Shown: in pieces, positions 45,881 to 49,213 of the stretch
Layout of the letters: each line of letters starts with the position of its first letter
Numbering within the stretch: the stretch's first letter is position 1
DNA from: a virus
Lineage: Duplodnaviria; Caudoviricetes
DNA: 49,213 nt
Virus record (IMG/VR): IMGVR_UViG_3300005323_000008
Location: 1 to 49,213 of that record
Reading direction: 5' to 3' (one strand)
Position numbers and translations under genes: made by a program
The notes under the pieces: generated by a model
The model's input: the letters and a program-made list of their open reading frames with translations, nothing else
Databases searched by the model: none
What the model was told of the DNA's origin: nothing

Positions 45881-46156
45881 ATGAAAGCCCTAATCGAAGA
45901 AATGGTACTGACGATAGAGGACGGCGGTAAGTCCCATAAGGAGAATGTAGAGTATGCCGAAAGAACTATACAAGACATTATCAGAGGTACAACTAACGGA
46001 ACTAAAGAGGCTGATTCTGGAGGGAACAACGGAATTGGAGAAAACGGAACTGATATTGGACTTGTTACTTGCCCTTCACAATGGTTACAGCGTACCGGAA
46101 ATATACCAAGAGTTGAAAGCCCTTTTGAAACAGAACAAAAGATAGGGGAGGACTAA
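45881..46156 (+). CDS. Hypothetical protein (outer of two overlapping ORFs)
   Basis: ATG 1 nt after HNH stop; C-terminal half looks like alternate-frame sequence. Confidence 0.4.
   Translation: MKALIEEMVLTIEDGGKSHKENVEYAERTIQDIIRGTTNGTKEADSGGNNGIGENGTDIGLVTCPSQWLQRTGNIPRVESPFETEQKIGED
45954..46145 (+). CDS. 63-aa helical protein (nested ORF)
   Basis: Own AAGGAG RBS; Leu/Glu-rich amphipathic pattern. Confidence 0.6.
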   Translation: MPKELYKTLSEVQLTELKRLILEGTTELEKTELILDLLLALHNGYSVPEIYQELKALLKQNKR

Positions 46157-46157
46157 A

Positions 46158-46400
46158 ATGGATATTAACAAGGTTTGCGAATTATTAAAAGGTTGGCATA
46201 AGACTGTCGAAGAACGTCAATGTCCCGATATAATATTTAATTTATCTACCGAACCAGAATTGCAATCCCTGTTGGTTGTATTTCTTAATATGTTCTATGA
46301 ATATATTTTTATGAGTCTCGAAACAATAGGGATACCCGATGAAGATTTGCCTAATGTTCCGGTAACACAAGTAAAGATTAGAATTTACGGACACAAATAG
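46158..46400 (+). CDS. Hypothetical protein
   Basis: 80-aa ORF, GGAGG RBS. Confidence 0.7.
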   Translation: MDINKVCELLKGWHKTVEERQCPDIIFNLSTEPELQSLLVVFLNMFYEYIFMSLETIGIPDEDLPNVPVTQVKIRIYGHK

Positions 46401-46409
46401 GAGAGACTA

Positions 46410-46643
46410 ATGCAACAAGAATTATTAGAACTGCTTAAAGAGTACAAAAAGCATTGCGAGGAAACAAAAGTTATTCGGTATCACAAGGGAGATACCATAC
46501 CTTGCCCTGATAGACACGATAGAGGTGGTTATAGCTGTTTAGTACATCATTTTGCATCAGAAGATATTTACATCTCTAAGTCCCCCGATTTCGCAGATTT
46601 CATTCAATGGTTAGAAAATAAATTTAACAAACAAAAGGAGTAG
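46410..46643 (+). CDS. Hypothetical protein
   Basis: 77-aa ORF, AGGAG RBS. Confidence 0.7.
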   Translation: MQQELLELLKEYKKHCEETKVIRYHKGDTIPCPDRHDRGGYSCLVHHFASEDIYISKSPDFADFIQWLENKFNKQKE

Positions 46644-46646
46644 AAA

Positions 46647-46853
46647 ATGATTGAAAGAAAAGAAATATGGGAATTTTCAAGTAGAATTGAGAAAGAAAAA
46701 GAACACGTATTGAATCCTAATTGGATTAGAGTGTATGATAACTTGTTGGGTGCATTAGATTATTTAGACGCTTGTATTGCTCGTTCAACAGTCTCTTATA
46801 AAACCGCACCCGCCGATATTACCGAAGAAGAAAAAAATAAAATAATTTCATAA
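46647..46853 (+). CDS. Hypothetical protein, last gene of the plus arm
   Basis: 68-aa ORF, AAGGAG RBS. Confidence 0.7.
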   Translation: MIERKEIWEFSSRIEKEKEHVLNPNWIRVYDNLLGALDYLDACIARSTVSYKTAPADITEEEKNKIIS

Positions 46854-46896
46854 TTTTGTCTGTTGGAAGTCAGACATTCCCTCCCTCCCTTTATTC

Positions 46897-46932
46897 GGGG
46901 CGGTTATCCCTCCTAAACCGCCCCTTTATTTT
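46897..46932 (+). terminator. Rho-independent terminator of the plus arm
   Basis: GGGGCGGTT-loop-AACCGCCCC-TTTATTTT. Confidence 0.8.
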
Positions 46933-47332
46933 GCCATTAAACCGCCGTAAACGCCCCTACAAGCTACGAACTAACCAGAGCCGTACTTTTGTACCCCCTG
47001 TTAATTTATGGAGTCCCATTCCATAAATTTTCGTAAATTTATATGAGCAATCGTTTGCAAAAAAGGTCATAGTGTGACCATATATGCGAATGAGTAATCA
47101 TTGCTCAAAGTTATCACTTTTCAATACTTTAAGCAAACAATCACTCACCATTTTGTTAATTCTAATCAAAAGGTTTGTGAAATAATTTCTTAGTACTATA
47201 ATAGATAGGGTGTGAAATAAATAGAAAGATAATGTTAATTATTTACCGCTAAACCAATACCGAAAGGGTATAAATGCAACATTATCTACCAAAATTACCC
47301 CCGATGTAGCATAATTACCACGATGGCGGTAT

Positions 47333-47357
47333 AAAAAAGCCCTCAATTAAGAGGGCT
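47333..47357 (-). terminator. Rho-independent terminator of the minus arm
   Basis: AGCCCTC-6 nt-GAGGGCT followed by a U run on the minus strand. Confidence 0.8.
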
Positions 47358-47400
47358 CCGATTGCGTTACCGCAGTCCATGAAATAAGGAGAGGGGAGAA

Positions 47401-47895
47401 TTATTTAATTCTAAAATGGACACCAACGCCGACATAAACATCGAAAGTCTTATTGATTAAACCGTAACCGAAACCGCCCTGAATCGAATATCCAAATCTG
47501 TCCAAGAACGATTCCGGCTTTATCACTTCTTTCGTGATAGTATTAACGGTAATTTTCTCTTTAATTTTCAGGTCAATATCAAAATAATTAGCGGGAGGAA
47601 AAAAGTATTTGACTTTAACAGAACTTGAATCTTTTGTTAAAAGGGTGTCGGCTGATGCAACAATTTGTGATGTCCAAATAGTATCGTGAATATTGATAAT
47701 TTCAGGGACTTTAATCGTGTCTAACTTAGCTTTCCACTTAATAATTTCAATCGGTTTATTCACAGTCTTAATTACTGTGAGAGTGTCCGTTTTTGATACA
47801 ACTTTCGTTTCTTGCCGTCTGTCAATGATGAAGTTCCAAACCAAGACAGTCAGAACTATCCCGCCGATTAGCCAATATATATTTTTCTTATCCAT
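47401..47895 (-). CDS. Membrane-anchored lysis accessory (spanin-like) protein
   Basis: N-terminal TM, repeated DT(L/I) motifs, C-terminal Gly/aromatic beta strands. Confidence 0.5.
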   Translation of the reverse strand: MDKKNIYWLIGGIVLTVLVWNFIIDRRQETKVVSKTDTLTVIKTVNKPIEIIKWKAKLDTIKVPEIINIHDTIWTSQIVASADTLLTKDSSSVKVKYFFPPANYFDIDLKIKEKITVNTITKEVIKPESFLDRFGYSIQGGFGYGLINKTFDVYVGVGVHFRIK

Positions 47896-48151
47896 TCCAA
47901 TTAAACCTTTTTGATATTATTAAATAGTCAATATACTTTTCAAGTTCTTCGTTTGGTTTAATATGCCACATTTTGCCGTCTTTATCTACCCACATCGAAA
48001 AATATCCAATTAAACTATAATCTCCACAAGTGATAAATTCCTTGTTGTCAAGTCTATGTCTTTTAATATCTAAATTGTTCCAATCGAAAGTTGGGATTTC
48101 TTTATAGACTAAACTAACGGACGAATTTTCTATTGTTGTTTGACCTAACAT
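47888..48151 (-). CDS. Hypothetical protein
   Basis: 87-aa ORF, GAGG RBS. Confidence 0.65.
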   Translation of the reverse strand: MLGQTTIENSSVSLVYKEIPTFDWNNLDIKRHRLDNKEFITCGDYSLIGYFSMWVDKDGKMWHIKPNEELEKYIDYLIISKRFNWNG

Positions 48152-48175
48152 TTTGTCCTCTTTTTGGAGACTAAT

Positions 48176-48445
48176 TTACGATTTTTCTCCCTTAGAGTCA
48201 ATAGGGAACTCGTCTTTTTTCTGATATGCCTTTATTCCTGCCATGCTTAAAAGATAACCAACAATTATGCCCGAAAGCAACGAAACGTCCCCCTTTGTAA
48301 GAACGATGTAAATTTCAGCAAAAGCTAAAGCGGGGACTAAAATAATGTGGGAATAAAAAGCCAATACCCTCATGTTTGAAGGACTCGCCCCCTCCGAATT
48401 AGCCTTTCCCAAAAATGAGAAAAGTTTAGTTAGTGTTTCTTTCAT
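48176..48445 (-). CDS. Holin candidate (two TM)
   Basis: S.MRV motif before TM1, two TM helices, charged KAYQKK tail. Confidence 0.6.
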   Translation of the reverse strand: MKETLTKLFSFLGKANSEGASPSNMRVLAFYSHIILVPALAFAEIYIVLTKGDVSLLSGIIVGYLLSMAGIKAYQKKDEFPIDSKGEKS

Positions 48446-48764
48446 TGAATCCTCTCGTAAGTAATAGTAAAGCCATTAGTGTAAGAACAACTTTGAGAAA
48501 CAGGATTATATTATCGTAGGTGTCATAACAATAAGAGTCCGATATTCCAGAGGCAATACCCAAAAGACAAACAGCAGATAACAACTTAAATGCGGGTTCT
48601 TTCGGGTACTTAAACATTAAATAAATAGGCAATCCAGCCCTTAAAATTGCGTACATGGATAAGTCTAAAGCCCAATTAAACGCCGAACTGCCAACTTTAC
48701 CCCACGTTAGAATACAGATAAAAACAAAGATTATACCTATGAAATAATCATCCCTCTTTGTCAT
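48426..48764 (-). CDS. Multi-pass membrane protein
   Basis: Three to four hydrophobic segments. Confidence 0.65.
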   Translation of the reverse strand: MTKRDDYFIGIIFVFICILTWGKVGSSAFNWALDLSMYAILRAGLPIYLMFKYPKEPAFKLLSAVCLLGIASGISDSYCYDTYDNIILFLKVVLTLMALLLLTRGFNERNTN

Positions 48765-49032
48765 TTATCCCCCTGTCGAGTTCCCCGGAGGCGGGTCTTT
48801 CGGTTCTGGTGGTGGTGGCTCTGTCTCGCCTAATGTTTTCAAGTTTGGCGTCAATTTGCCGTTGTCTTTCTTGAACAACCCTTTGACAAATTGCCAAAAA
48901 CTCTTTCTTTTCTTCATTTTCATCTTCCCTATGTTTGTTTAAAAAGTCATACGTTAGTTTGCAGAGCATACCCAATACGCAAACTATAATTATGCTAAAA
49001 AATAATATCCCTAATAATGGTGTTATTATCAT
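48748..49032 (-). CDS. Single-TM membrane protein
   Basis: N-terminal hydrophobic helix, charged C-terminus. Confidence 0.6.
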   Translation of the reverse strand: MIITPLLGILFFSIIIVCVLGMLCKLTYDFLNKHREDENEEKKEFLAICQRVVQERQRQIDAKLENIRRDRATTTRTERPASGELDRGINDKEG

Positions 49033-49213
49033 ACTTGTCTAAATTCATAGTCTCTAATTAAACGCTGTTTTTCCATTTCTTTTAAAGTTGAATATCTTTT
49101 ACCATTTGAAATTAGTTCATCAAGCGCAAAATCACTCGACCGTTGCTCTATAAATAACATATCTATGTTTCTGTCTAATCTTACAAAATGTTCGTTAACG
49201 GCAACAAAATTTC
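49029..49213 (-). CDS. 3' part of the junction-spanning membrane protein gene
   Basis: Continues the ORF starting at 283; ends ...RDYEFRQV* with ATGA overlap. Confidence 0.8.
   Translation of the reverse strand, partial: NFVAVNEHFVRLDRNIDMLFIEQRSSDFALDELISNGKRYSTLKEMEKQRLIRDYEFRQV
49091..49213. repeat. Terminal direct repeat, copy 2
   Basis: Identical to 1-123. Confidence 0.97.

Overview
The window is an apparently complete, circularly assembled ~49.1 kb AT-rich tailed-phage genome. Bases 1-123 repeat at 49091-49213 and one ORF reads through that junction. The minus-strand arm (26.9 kb leftwards, continuing across the junction to 47.4 kb) carries TerS, TerL, a P22-like portal, scaffold, major capsid, three paralogous adaptor-like proteins, a tail nozzle, two fibres, ejection proteins and membrane/lysis genes. 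This is a podovirus-type layout with no tape measure or sheath. The plus-strand arm (27.0-46.9 kb) carries many small early genes, a Rad52-like annealing protein, a PD-(D/E)XK exonuclease, an SSB-like protein, VRR-NUC, a DNA methyltransferase, a replication initiator with iterons, YopX, a lipoprotein, a GH19 endolysin, a DEDD exonuclease and an HNH endonuclease. I recognised no integrase, DNA polymerase, tRNA or CRISPR array. The most notable signals are: (1) a 183-bp near-perfect copy of the endolysin start region inserted in-frame into an early gene 15.9 kb away; (2) a highly structured, switch-like RNA leader ahead of the replication initiator; (3) a sigma54-type promoter overlapping a sigma70-type promoter at the head of the virion operon; (4) a hairpin-dense convergent intergenic region with exposed anti-Shine-Dalgarno-like tracts; (5) repeated gene-boundary sequences. 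All product calls come from motif recognition and synteny by eye, not from database searches.
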